The position numbers and the translations under genes were made by a program. The notes under the pieces are model-generated. The model worked only from the letters and a program-made list of their open reading frames with translations. It made no database searches and had not been told where the DNA came from. Shown here one piece after another: positions 9,794 to 18,859 of a stretch of DNA of 64,000 nt. Each line of letters begins with the position of its first letter. The stretch's first letter is position 1. The DNA is from Candidatus Vogelbacteria bacterium (GTDB lineage: Bacteria; Patescibacteriota; Minisyncoccia; Phycocordibacterales; XYD1-FULL-46-19), in contig CAIRHC010000006.1 in NCBI GenBank assembly GCA_903878275.1, positions 79,633 to 143,632 of the forward strand, written 5' to 3'.

Positions 9794-9828
9794 GCGCCAC
9801 CGGCAAAAACCGTGGCGCTTTATTTTTT
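9794..9828 (+). terminator. Rho-independent terminator (gcgccaccgg...ccgtggcgc + T-run)
   Basis: 9/10-bp GC-rich stem followed by TTTATTTTTT. Confidence 0.6.
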
Positions 9829-9842
9829 GTATTTTCCTAAAG

Positions 9843-9871
9843 CTTAATCAAGGACTCCCCTTGATATTTTT
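9843..9871. repeat. Copy 1 of the 28-bp palindromic dispersed repeat (cttaatcaaggactccccttgatattttt)
   Basis: The core is identical to copies at 35943-35969 and 60052-60083; 7-bp inverted repeat atcaagg/ccttgat; abuts the rmuC stop. Confidence 0.7.
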
Positions 9872-10934
9872 AGTCTTCTAGGCTGGGCTTGTCGATACTT
9901 TGGACGTCAAAACCAGCCGAAGAGCCGGTCACCCGCAGGACATCTTTGTCCACTTTTTTGAGCTCTTTGTAGGCAAAATTGAACTGGTTGACGGTCGTGC
10001 CGAGGGCTTTGCCCAAACCCGCCATATAGCCCTCATAAGCCCCGATATGCTTGCCAAGCTCCTCTACCCTAGTCCTAATCTCCTTGGCAGATTCTTCGAT
10101 TTGGAGGGCTTTTAAGCCCTGTAGGACGGTCTGCAAATATGCCAAAAATGAGGTCGGAGAGACAATAATAACGTGGTATTTGGACGCCGCTCTCTGAATC
10201 AAATTTTCAGTGTCCTCATCTTTTATCGCCCCAATTTTATTGATAATCAAATCATAATAAATCGCCTCGTGCGGAATAAACATAAAAGCAAAGTCCATCG
10301 TCCCCTTGTCTGGCTGAACATATTTAGCGGTTTCGGTAATGCGATTTTTTAAATCATTCAAAAATATTTTTTCAAACTTTTCTTTTTCGGCGGGATTTTT
10401 TTCTTCGACGATTCGATTGTAATTTTCAAGCGAAAATTTGGAATCAATCGGAATAATTTTGTCTTTTACAAACACCACCGCGTCAACAATCGTCCCATCA
10501 GGAAAAGAATATTGCATTTGATACGAGCCCGGTGGCATCACATTTTTTAATAAAGTTTCCAAATAATATTCGCCCAAAATCCCCCGCTGTTTGGGGTTTT
10601 TTAAAATGTCTTGAAGTGATTGAAGTTGATCGGTGAAATTTACAACCTGCTTGTTTGTCTCTTCCAGTCGTACCAATTTTTCGGTCACCTCACGCGACAA
10701 ACGAGCAAATTCGCTAAATTGTGCCCGCACGCTTTCTGCCGATTGTTTGTTTGTCTCGTGCAAACGGCTATCAATCGTTTTGGTCAAATTTTCAATCTGA
10801 TTTTGCAATAGCATCATCGCCGAATTATCCGGCTTTTTATCACCTTCGTTTTTCGCCAGTAAAAATTTCAAAACTATAAAAGCCCCAGCAAAACCAGCGA
10901 CCAGACCAATCACAATAAAAATTATGGTATTCAT
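9870..10934 (-). CDS. rmuC: DNA recombination protein RmuC
   Basis: N-terminal TM, long coiled-coil, then C-terminal RmuC nuclease-like domain; overall similarity to the RmuC family. Confidence 0.7.
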   Translation of the reverse strand: MNTIIFIVIGLVAGFAGAFIVLKFLLAKNEGDKKPDNSAMMLLQNQIENLTKTIDSRLHETNKQSAESVRAQFSEFARLSREVTEKLVRLEETNKQVVNFTDQLQSLQDILKNPKQRGILGEYYLETLLKNVMPPGSYQMQYSFPDGTIVDAVVFVKDKIIPIDSKFSLENYNRIVEEKNPAEKEKFEKIFLNDLKNRITETAKYVQPDKGTMDFAFMFIPHEAIYYDLIINKIGAIKDEDTENLIQRAASKYHVIIVSPTSFLAYLQTVLQGLKALQIEESAKEIRTRVEELGKHIGAYEGYMAGLGKALGTTVNQFNFAYKELKKVDKDVLRVTGSSAGFDVQSIDKPSLED

Positions 10935-10965
10935 CTTTGTTGTAAGTATTGTAACAAATTTTTGA

Positions 10966-12399
10966 TTATTTTTCTTTTAAATCCTCGGCTTCGGCTTGGC
11001 GGAAAAGTTGGAAATCTCGGCGGAAAAACTGGACGGCGATATGATAAATTGCGTAAGTAATAAAATAGGCGGCAAACACATCAATCGAATAATGATAATG
11101 ACCAAGCAAAACGGCAGTAGCAAAAACAATCGAAATCGCAATAAATAAATTTCGTAAAAATTTATTTTGCCAAAAAATCAACGCGAGTAAAAACGGCAAA
11201 CCGGTATGACCAGAAAAAAACATATCTTTGCCCAAAGAAAATTTTTCCAGAAGCTCACTATTTGGCAAAATAATTCCGCCCGGCATTGGCGCGAGATGAG
11301 TCAAGCTAATAAAAAACGCTCGAATAATAATAAACAAACCAATACTTTTAACCACAAAAGGTAAATAGCGAAGATGTTTTAATAAAAAGACCGTCACAAA
11401 AATCACCAAAGAAATAGCGCCATAAATAACCACCCAGCTAGTATCGATCTGTGGAATATTATCTAAAATAATATCGCCGACCGCCTGTCCATTCGAATAA
11501 TAAGTATAAAGATTGGCTAAATAATTTATGCCCAAGCTAATAAACAAAAAGCCGAAAGCACCTGCCACTGACCAGCGGACATCTTTTGTCCATTGTTCTT
11601 GGTAATTTTTAAAGGCTTGTTTGGTTTTTTGTGAATTCGGACGAATATCTAAATAGGTGTTGGTGTATGGCTTACCAAATAAAATCGGCCAGAGATAATT
11701 GATACCATACTTAAGCGACATTCGAATAACCCCCTCACCTTTCAGGCGCCGACCAGACGTGGTCATTGGTAGAGCAAACGTAAATTTCACTTTGCCAACC
11801 TTGCTCATCCGAATAGCGATATCGGTATCTTCACCATAAAAATCAAATTCGGCGACATTGAACCCGCCAATTTTTTCCAGCGCTGATCTTTTTAAAATAA
11901 AATTACCGCCCTGCACCATTGCTCCTTTTTTGAAAAATAATTGCGTAACACCACAAATAATTTTGCCAAGACCATAATAAAATTTAATCATAAAATTTAC
12001 CGACTTCGACAAATCATAATAAATGTATGGTCCGCTCAACGCCACAATTTTGTCGTCGTTTTTAAATTCCGCAAAGACAGTATCAATCCAACCGAGAGGC
12101 AAAATCGTGTCGGCATCGATATTGGCAATCAGATCGCCGGTCGTCGCCACGAAGCCGGCTTGTCGAGCACGCACCAAACCTTTGTTTGGTTCGTTGACCA
12201 CTTTTGCCCACGAAAAAGAACGCGCCACTTCTTCGGTTTTGTCGGTGCTGGCATTATTGACGACAATCACCTCCATATTATAATTTTTGCCCGCCATCGC
12301 CCTCTCAATCGCTTCCAAACAAGGACCGATATAATTTTCTTCGTTGTACGCCGGGATAACAAAACTTAATTTAGACATAGGTTTTTTGTTTATAAACAT
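10966..12399 (-). CDS. Bifunctional GT2 glycosyltransferase fused to a PAP2_C/sphingomyelin-synthase-like membrane domain
   Basis: N-terminus VIPAYNEE...DAD (GT2). C-terminal 6 TM with SGHT and HYHYSIDVFAAYFIT, matching the SMS/PAP2_C motifs SGH and HYxxDVxxxYxxT. Confidence 0.6.
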   Translation of the reverse strand: MFINKKPMSKLSFVIPAYNEENYIGPCLEAIERAMAGKNYNMEVIVVNNASTDKTEEVARSFSWAKVVNEPNKGLVRARQAGFVATTGDLIANIDADTILPLGWIDTVFAEFKNDDKIVALSGPYIYYDLSKSVNFMIKFYYGLGKIICGVTQLFFKKGAMVQGGNFILKRSALEKIGGFNVAEFDFYGEDTDIAIRMSKVGKVKFTFALPMTTSGRRLKGEGVIRMSLKYGINYLWPILFGKPYTNTYLDIRPNSQKTKQAFKNYQEQWTKDVRWSVAGAFGFLFISLGINYLANLYTYYSNGQAVGDIILDNIPQIDTSWVVIYGAISLVIFVTVFLLKHLRYLPFVVKSIGLFIIIRAFFISLTHLAPMPGGIILPNSELLEKFSLGKDMFFSGHTGLPFLLALIFWQNKFLRNLFIAISIVFATAVLLGHYHYSIDVFAAYFITYAIYHIAVQFFRRDFQLFRQAEAEDLKEK

Positions 12400-12420
12400 T
12401 GAATTAAAACTCTCCTTCCT

Positions 12421-12448
12421 TGCTACCTTTTTAGAGTACAGATTTTTT
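12421..12448 (-). promoter_or_regulatory. Conserved 5'-leader motif (aaaaatctgtacNctaaaaaggtNgcaa), copy A, upstream of the GT2-PAP2 gene
   Basis: Nearly identical 26-28-nt element also sits immediately upstream of the mreB paralog at 48992-49019. Confidence 0.3.
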
Positions 12449-12529
12449 GAAGCTTAAAAAATCCTGAAATTCTCGGCTCGACAGCCTCGAAACCCCCTAA
12501 AAAGGTACAAGTCAGTCTAGTTTTATGAT

Positions 12530-13726
12530 TCAATGTTTATAATACTCGCTTATCACCTTTTTGAAAAGGCTCTCCCAACTGCCCGCGATTTCTTGAATAG
12601 AAAATTTGCTGGCGGTGGAAATTCCACCATTACCGAGATTTTCTCGTTCCATTTTATTTTCTAAGAGATGAATTAGGCGCTCGGCTAAAGTTTTAAAATC
12701 ACCGATGTCAAAAATGTAACCATTGCTGTCGTTGACATATTCCGGCAAAGCTCCGGCGCGCACCACTACCACCGGCAGACCGACAGCCATCGCTTGAATC
12801 ATACTGATACTTTGGGTCTCGGCAGTACTTGCCATTACAAAAATATCCGAGGCTTGATAATAAGAAATTAAATCTTCGCGACTGACCATTCCGACAAATT
12901 TGACCTTGTCTTCCAATTTTAATTCGGTAACTAAATTTTTTAATTTTGTCTCTTCGGCACCACGACCTGTGATGACTAAATTTACATCTTTGATTTTTTC
13001 TTGAACAATACCAATCGCTCGGATTATCACATCGATATGTTTTTCTTCCGCCAAACGACCAGTGTACAAAATTGTAAAAGCGGGCAAATTAAATTGTTTT
13101 TTTAGTTCCGCTTTTTTCTCGGCGGACACTGGCGCAAAACTGGAAACATCGATCAGGTTGGACATTGGCCGTCCTTCACGCTTGAAACCATATTTTTTCA
13201 TATCAGTAAAAATAAATTGCGATGGACCGGTCACAAAATTGCAACGATTATAAAACCACGCGATAAAATGATTTATCAGTTTTTCAAACCACTTGGTGCG
13301 AATTGGAAAATATTTTATAAATTCGCTAATCGGCGTATGACTGGTACCGATGATTGGCACCTTTAAAAATTTTGCGATGAGTAGAGCGTCCAAGCCCAAA
13401 AAAGAACAGACGTTGATATGAATTATATCCGGCTTGAAATCACGAAATTTTTTATAACTTAAAACAAACGGTAAAATTAGTCGTCCTTGACCGGTCGGTG
13501 AATTCTTAATCGACGACGACCACAACCGAACAATCTGGATATTCCCACCAAGCTCTAGCTCGCCCACCGGCAAGTTAACTTTGGCAAAATCTTTCTGGTC
13601 ATAAGCTGGCACAAAATAACAAATTTGATGACCGCGCCGAGCCAATTCTTTTCCCAAAGCCAAAACTGAATCAGCGACACCAGACAGTTCGGGATAAAAG
13701 TTGTCGGAAAAAATGGCAATTTTCAT
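12530..13726 (-). CDS. GT4-family glycosyltransferase
   Basis: GT-B fold with the C-terminal EExxxxxxEAMAxGxPVV-type motif (ETQSISMIQAMAVGLPVVV). Confidence 0.7.
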   Translation of the reverse strand: MKIAIFSDNFYPELSGVADSVLALGKELARRGHQICYFVPAYDQKDFAKVNLPVGELELGGNIQIVRLWSSSIKNSPTGQGRLILPFVLSYKKFRDFKPDIIHINVCSFLGLDALLIAKFLKVPIIGTSHTPISEFIKYFPIRTKWFEKLINHFIAWFYNRCNFVTGPSQFIFTDMKKYGFKREGRPMSNLIDVSSFAPVSAEKKAELKKQFNLPAFTILYTGRLAEEKHIDVIIRAIGIVQEKIKDVNLVITGRGAEETKLKNLVTELKLEDKVKFVGMVSREDLISYYQASDIFVMASTAETQSISMIQAMAVGLPVVVVRAGALPEYVNDSNGYIFDIGDFKTLAERLIHLLENKMERENLGNGGISTASKFSIQEIAGSWESLFKKVISEYYKH

Positions 13727-14301
13727 TTAAGTGGTTTTCGTAAATAATAAAAAACAGCTACTATCGCCACAATGACAAACAAAGAAGACACGAAACCGAC
13801 ATAATCAAGATAAGTTGCTAGCCGATCATATGCTTCGCCGAGATAATAACCAATTTCCAGCAAGAGAAAAGTTTTAATCAAGGTCGCCAAAGTGCTGTAC
13901 CATAAAAAACGACTGACTGGATATTTGACCAATCCTGCCGACACCAAAATCGGCGCGCCGACCACGTGAGATAATTTTCCTGTCATCAAAATTTTCCCAC
14001 CGTGTTCGGCAAAACCATCATTTAGTTTTGAAACTTGTTCTTCTTCGATTCTTAAATATTTTCCAAAACGACGAATAAATCTCGTGCCACCCCAATAACC
14101 AATCGCATAATAAATAAAATCGCCAACCAAATCGGCGATAACCAAAATTACAAAAGCGACCGAAAAATACATCAGCCCTCGTGAGGCAAGTAACCCACAA
14201 AGGATCGTGACGATTGGTCCTTCGACCACTGCAATTGGGAAAATAACAAAATATCGATATTGGGCTATCAGTTGCAAAATCTGGGCAGTCGTAAATAGCA
14301 T
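13723..14301 (-). CDS. DedA/VTT-family membrane protein
   Basis: 192 aa polytopic protein with the conserved DedA core ...FPIAVVEGP... Confidence 0.65.
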   Translation of the reverse strand: MLFTTAQILQLIAQYRYFVIFPIAVVEGPIVTILCGLLASRGLMYFSVAFVILVIADLVGDFIYYAIGYWGGTRFIRRFGKYLRIEEEQVSKLNDGFAEHGGKILMTGKLSHVVGAPILVSAGLVKYPVSRFLWYSTLATLIKTFLLLEIGYYLGEAYDRLATYLDYVGFVSSLFVIVAIVAVFYYLRKPLK

Positions 14302-14324
14302 AAGGATATTAATTTTACCGGCGA

Positions 14325-14699
14325 CTAAACCTTTAGCTTGGTTTTTATTTTTGTCACGACATCTTCTAGTTTAGTGTCAGTCTTGACTAGATATTCAAAA
14401 GCCTCGTTATCGAGCACTTCCGCCACTTTTTCATTATCGCTCAAGTTTGTCAAAACAATCACCTCGACTTTTTTACCCCACTCATCAGCTCGAAGCTTTT
14501 TCAACATTTCAATGCCATCCATTTTGGGCATCACGATATCAAGTAAAATTAAATCAGGATGCGCTTTGAGTGCTACCGCCAAACCATCTTCACCATTTTT
14601 GGCTGCTAAAACTTCAAAATTGTCGTCAAGTTTCAAAGTCAGCGCCCCCGCCAAAGATTCTTCGTCTTCGACAATTAAAATTTTCTTTTTGTTTTCCAT
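14325..14699 (-). CDS. Stand-alone response-regulator receiver (CheY-like)
   Basis: ILIVEDE...LLDIVMPKMDG...K; receiver domain only, 124 aa. Confidence 0.7.
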   Translation of the reverse strand: MENKKKILIVEDEESLAGALTLKLDDNFEVLAAKNGEDGLAVALKAHPDLILLDIVMPKMDGIEMLKKLRADEWGKKVEVIVLTNLSDNEKVAEVLDNEAFEYLVKTDTKLEDVVTKIKTKLKV

Positions 14700-14707
14700 A
14701 ATGTTTA

Positions 14708-15118
14708 TTATTTAAGACAAACCCCACCTTCACCCAAGCATTTATCAATTGCGGCGATTATTTCATCCAAGCGATGATTTGATTTTACAAAATATTCTTT
14801 TACCCCTAGCTGAATATAAGTTGAAACCTTATCGGAGCTTGCGGTATTGGAAACCACGAAGATCGGCACATTTTTGCACTTGGCATTATCCTCTTCTTTA
14901 CACCACGCGACAAAATCCAAACCATTTTCCTTGCCGATAAGATAATGATCGAGCCAGACCGCATCAACCCGTGCCAAGTCGCTGACATACTGTTTGGCTT
15001 GTTCGACCGAACGTGCCGTCACCACACTGAAATTGCTTTTTTCTAACTTCATTCGAACTGCCTCTAAAAGTGGCTGTTCGTCTTCTATTACTAAAATAAC
15101 ACGATCTGAATCTGCCAT
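14708..15118 (-). CDS. Stand-alone response-regulator receiver
   Basis: ILVIEDEQ...VWLDHYL...; receiver fold, 136 aa. Confidence 0.6.
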   Translation of the reverse strand: MADSDRVILVIEDEQPLLEAVRMKLEKSNFSVVTARSVEQAKQYVSDLARVDAVWLDHYLIGKENGLDFVAWCKEEDNAKCKNVPIFVVSNTASSDKVSTYIQLGVKEYFVKSNHRLDEIIAAIDKCLGEGGVCLK

Positions 15119-15147
15119 ATTTTTTGATTATAAATTAATACTTTTAA

Positions 15148-17550
15148 TTAGTCTAATGTCTTAGTCCCCTCTTTTTTCTTCATTCCATCAACCGAAAAAC
15201 GAATATAAAAAGTAGTACCAAGATTCTCTTTTGACTCAAACCACACTTCGCCCCCCGATTGATCTATTATAGACTTTATAATATAAAGTCCAAGCCCCGT
15301 CCCTTCGGTTTCGGTCTCGCGCGCATTATCGGCACGGAATAATTTGGAAAAGACTTTATCTTTTTGTTTATCAGGAATACCCATACCCGTGTCAGAGACC
15401 GACAGAACAACACTGTTCTCTTTTAATTCTTTATCGCCCAAAATCGTCCCTTTTGGTTCTGGTAAAATTTTTACGGAAATCTGACCTTCTGGTTTGGTAT
15501 ATTTCACCGCATTGGATAACAAGTTTTGGAAAATAATGCGTAATAGTTTTTTGTCAGCGGGAAATTGGGCGGAAACGGCTTGATCATAATTTTCTTCAAT
15601 TTTTAATTTCTTGGTAATAACCGGCTGTTTTAATTCGCCCAAAACGCTCTTGGCGATTTCGGAAATATCTGTCGGTTCTGGTTCGATAATGAAAGTACCA
15701 AGATCAAGACGAGAAACATTAAGCAAAGAATTGACCAAATCTACCATTCGCTCGTTGCCAATCGCCACTTCTGTTAAATATTTTTTCTGTTCATCGTTTA
15801 ACGGTCCAGCGTCACCAGCCATAAGCATTTCGGTGTACCAATTGATCGCCGAAAGTGGTGTCCGGAGTTGATGCGAAGCCAGAGATACGAATTCCGTCTT
15901 GGCTTTATCAATCTCTTTTTCTTTAGTAATGTCTCGCTCAAGACCAACAAAGAACAGCAGGTTTCCGCCACCGTCTAAAATTGGCGAAATACTGATGGAC
16001 GCGGTATAAATTTCTCCGTTTTTACGTTTGTTTTGAATTTCATTTAGAAAAGTTTCTTTTTTATTTTTGATGGTATCCCAGAGTTTTTCATAAAATTCTT
16101 TTGGCATCGGCAAGTGCCATAGAATACCCGCTTTTTTACCAACCACATCCGACAAAGCATAGCCAGTAATTTTTTCGGTCACTTTGTTGCCATACAAAAC
16201 AATACCCTCAAGATCGGTGATGATCACCTGGTCAGAAGCATTGTCCACTGCCATCTTATATTTTTCTAGATCTCGTGCCAAAAGCATTGTTTTATTTTTT
16301 TCTTCTTGAACATCTTCCAAAATACTCAACATTGCGCGTTTTTGGAAACCTAATTGCTCGGTCTGTTTTTGCAAATCAATCGTCTGCTCCCGAACTTTTT
16401 CTTCAATATTTGAGCGCGATTTCTTGACCGCTTCAACCATCAAATCAAAAGAATTTGCTAGCTGTCCGATTTCATCTCGTGATTTAATTTCTGATTTAAA
16501 ATTAAAATCACCTTTCTTTATTCTATCGGTAAAGCCAGACAAAATACTTAATGGCTTGGTAATACCCCGAGAAAGCAAGCCCGTAACAAAAATTAAGAAC
16601 GCAAGCGCAACCAGAGAAATTAGCAAAATAATTAATGCCAAACTCAAACGATAATCTAGTAGCTGTGCTGTATCAACTTTGGTAATCAAGCACCAACCAG
16701 TTTCAGGAATATAAGCGTACGTCGCGGTGACATCAACACCGCGGTAATCTTTAGCTTGAATAATATGAATATTTGGCACCACCTTCGCTAAATCTTTATA
16801 ACCATTTTTCTTGATGTACTCAATTTCTTTAGGATTAAAACAATTTTTAGCGTTTTGTGTCTCAACCTTGTCTTTCAGAATGACTTTGTCACCTAAAAAT
16901 CGAGATGGGGTGATGAAAAAATAATCTTTGTTAATTATAAAATTCTCCTCGGTATCGCCGAGACCATTTTCGCTGCCAACGAGAGCATAAAAATCATCTG
17001 CCGAAAAACGTAAGACGGATACTCCTAAAAATGTCCCGTCATCATCAAGGACTGGTGCCGAGACGGCATAAGCCGGACCTTTGATTACCTCGGAATAGTA
17101 AATACTCTTAAAGTACACGCTGTTCCGACCATTAATAAAATAATCATCTTTAGATTTATCAACCCCTAATTCCACAATATCGGACGAAGCGACGATTATG
17201 CCATTTTTATCGACGATGAATGTCTGGTGAATATCTTTATCGGATTCTATGGTTCGAGCCAATCTTTTATCAATTTTAGCTTTGATTACTTTATAGTTAG
17301 GGCTCGTCGTCGCTTCTTTTAGTAAATCTCGGTAAACAGATGCCGCTGCGAGGATCACTGCCGTTTTCTCTTTCTCTTTTATGTATGTCCGAATGTGTTC
17401 GGCTCTGGCTCGATTGCTAGAATCTAGATAGGAATAGGAATCTTTCTTAACCAAATTACTAGCGTACAAATCAAAAACGACGCCAACGACAAGTAAGGTG
17501 ATAGCAAAAACAAGAAAGAAACTAAGACTGATTTTATTTCTAATTTTCAT
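15148..17550 (-). CDS. Sensor histidine kinase (periplasmic Cache-like domain, HAMP, PAS, HisKA, HATPase)
   Basis: TM, large extracytoplasmic domain, TM, HAMP, PAS, H-box SHQLRTPLSAI, and the G-boxes DTGMGIP/GTGLGL. Confidence 0.8.
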   Translation of the reverse strand: MKIRNKISLSFFLVFAITLLVVGVVFDLYASNLVKKDSYSYLDSSNRARAEHIRTYIKEKEKTAVILAAASVYRDLLKEATTSPNYKVIKAKIDKRLARTIESDKDIHQTFIVDKNGIIVASSDIVELGVDKSKDDYFINGRNSVYFKSIYYSEVIKGPAYAVSAPVLDDDGTFLGVSVLRFSADDFYALVGSENGLGDTEENFIINKDYFFITPSRFLGDKVILKDKVETQNAKNCFNPKEIEYIKKNGYKDLAKVVPNIHIIQAKDYRGVDVTATYAYIPETGWCLITKVDTAQLLDYRLSLALIILLISLVALAFLIFVTGLLSRGITKPLSILSGFTDRIKKGDFNFKSEIKSRDEIGQLANSFDLMVEAVKKSRSNIEEKVREQTIDLQKQTEQLGFQKRAMLSILEDVQEEKNKTMLLARDLEKYKMAVDNASDQVIITDLEGIVLYGNKVTEKITGYALSDVVGKKAGILWHLPMPKEFYEKLWDTIKNKKETFLNEIQNKRKNGEIYTASISISPILDGGGNLLFFVGLERDITKEKEIDKAKTEFVSLASHQLRTPLSAINWYTEMLMAGDAGPLNDEQKKYLTEVAIGNERMVDLVNSLLNVSRLDLGTFIIEPEPTDISEIAKSVLGELKQPVITKKLKIEENYDQAVSAQFPADKKLLRIIFQNLLSNAVKYTKPEGQISVKILPEPKGTILGDKELKENSVVLSVSDTGMGIPDKQKDKVFSKLFRADNARETETEGTGLGLYIIKSIIDQSGGEVWFESKENLGTTFYIRFSVDGMKKKEGTKTLD

Positions 17551-17571
17551 TAATTAAAGATATGTTTGGTT

Positions 17572-18324
17572 CTATTTGCCCGCTTTTAATTCACTGATTT
17601 CTTTTTTTAATTTGAGCATTTCCAGCTCTCGTCCGACCATCAAATTGTTCAGTCTTTGGGCTTCGTCTAGCGCTTTTTTTGTTTCTTCGACAGATTTTTT
17701 AATCGATTCACTACTGCTTTTTTCGTTCGTGATATCTCGGACGACAGCTTGTAAAATAGTTTGACCGCCGATTTCTATTTTGGTTAAGGTGACATTTGCC
17801 AAAAACTCCGGACCATTCAACTTTTTATGCACCCACTCAAAAGTATTGTTGCCTTTTTCCATCGCCAGCTCAATCATCGCCTTGGCTTTCACGCTCGACA
17901 ACTGACCGTCAGGCTGATGCTCCGGAGAAACATCACCAGGAGTGATACTTCGTAACTCTTCTTCACTTTTTAAACCATAAATCTTCAGTGTTGCCGGATT
18001 GCCATCGGTAAATTTCCAATCAGGTGGACTCAAAGTCATAATCGCATCTTGAGAAAATTGAAATAAATATTTATACCTTGTCCCAAGATCTTCATTACTT
18101 TTTATTTCTTTGACTAAAAATCGGAAAGCGAAAAAATAAAGGACGGGAGAAAGAACCAGAGACAAGATAAAGGCATCAGTCAGACTTTCAGCCAAATGAG
18201 TGGCATCTTCGCCCAAAAAATATTCCAGTAAATACATCAGAAAAAACTCGACACCAAAAACAAGCGTGATAATAAGGGTAAATAATTTTATCAAACTACT
18301 TCTTTTAAGTAAGGTTTCTTTCAT
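17572..18324 (-). CDS. Membrane-anchored PAS-domain protein
   Basis: Two N-terminal TM helices followed by a PAS fold (...FEWVHKKLNGPEFLANVTLTKIEIGGQTILQAVVRDIT). Confidence 0.5.
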   Translation of the reverse strand: MKETLLKRSSLIKLFTLIITLVFGVEFFLMYLLEYFLGEDATHLAESLTDAFILSLVLSPVLYFFAFRFLVKEIKSNEDLGTRYKYLFQFSQDAIMTLSPPDWKFTDGNPATLKIYGLKSEEELRSITPGDVSPEHQPDGQLSSVKAKAMIELAMEKGNNTFEWVHKKLNGPEFLANVTLTKIEIGGQTILQAVVRDITNEKSSSESIKKSVEETKKALDEAQRLNNLMVGRELEMLKLKKEISELKAGK

Positions 18325-18331
18325 TTTGTTT

Positions 18332-18754
18332 TTATTTTAAACCGTGGTCGTGAAAACATTTGACATATTTTTGGTCAACCGTCATCAAGTGATTTATCAA
18401 CCAGTCTTCGAGAAAATCAACTAGCTCAAAAGCGAAATCTATGGTTGGCTCTGGATATTTTTCTTTTAAAGCGGTCAATCGCTCATTGAATTTGTGGTGC
18501 TCGGCAATATGAGTCTCTGTTTCTTCATAATTAAACTCTTTAAAATATTTTTCTTCGGTCGCAAAATGAAAAATTTTATATTTTACTAACGAATCGATAA
18601 TGTTGCCGAGATGCTCGGCGGGAGTATTAGTATGGATAGCATCGAGTAATTCATTTATTACCACAAACATCCGTTTGTGCTGATCGTCGATCTCGGTAAC
18701 ACCAACACTATATTTATCTTCCCATTCCAATTTTTTTATTTCTGCGATTGTCAT
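18332..18754 (-). CDS. Hemerythrin-like (bacteriohemerythrin) protein
   Basis: HHE cation-binding pattern: DDQHKRMF...H, HFATEEKYF, ETHIAEHHKF. Confidence 0.7.
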   Translation of the reverse strand: MTIAEIKKLEWEDKYSVGVTEIDDQHKRMFVVINELLDAIHTNTPAEHLGNIIDSLVKYKIFHFATEEKYFKEFNYEETETHIAEHHKFNERLTALKEKYPEPTIDFAFELVDFLEDWLINHLMTVDQKYVKCFHDHGLK

Positions 18755-18788
18755 ATAAGTTGTATTTAAAAAATTAATAAACTAAAAT

Positions 18789-18836
18789 CGCCGAGCGATA
18801 TTTGTGATAATTATATCACACTATTTTCGCTCGGCG
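18789..18836 (-). terminator. Hairpin (cgccgagcga...tcgctcggcg) downstream of the pilin array, enclosing the palindrome TGTGATAATTATATCACA
   Basis: 10-bp GC-rich inverted repeat followed on the minus strand by ATTTT; the inner 18-nt perfect palindrome resembles a dimeric HTH operator. Confidence 0.45.
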
Positions 18837-18859
18837 AATTAGTTGTCCCCAGTTATTAA

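Noticed and set aside
9430-9830. RNase P RNA, tmRNA, SRP RNA or 6S RNA in the rplU-rmuC spacer
   Set aside because: None of the signature motifs is present (GGAAAGUCCGG...ACAGAACCCGGCUUA for RNase P, a tRNA-like 3' end with a tag ORF for tmRNA, the SRP domain IV motif). It is kept only as an unclassified candidate.
9843-9871. Reading the 28-bp palindromic repeat as a rho-independent terminator
   Set aside because: The stem is only 7 bp with 3 GC pairs, one copy lies inside the essential fmt ORF, and a strong terminator already exists 20 nt upstream of copy 1.
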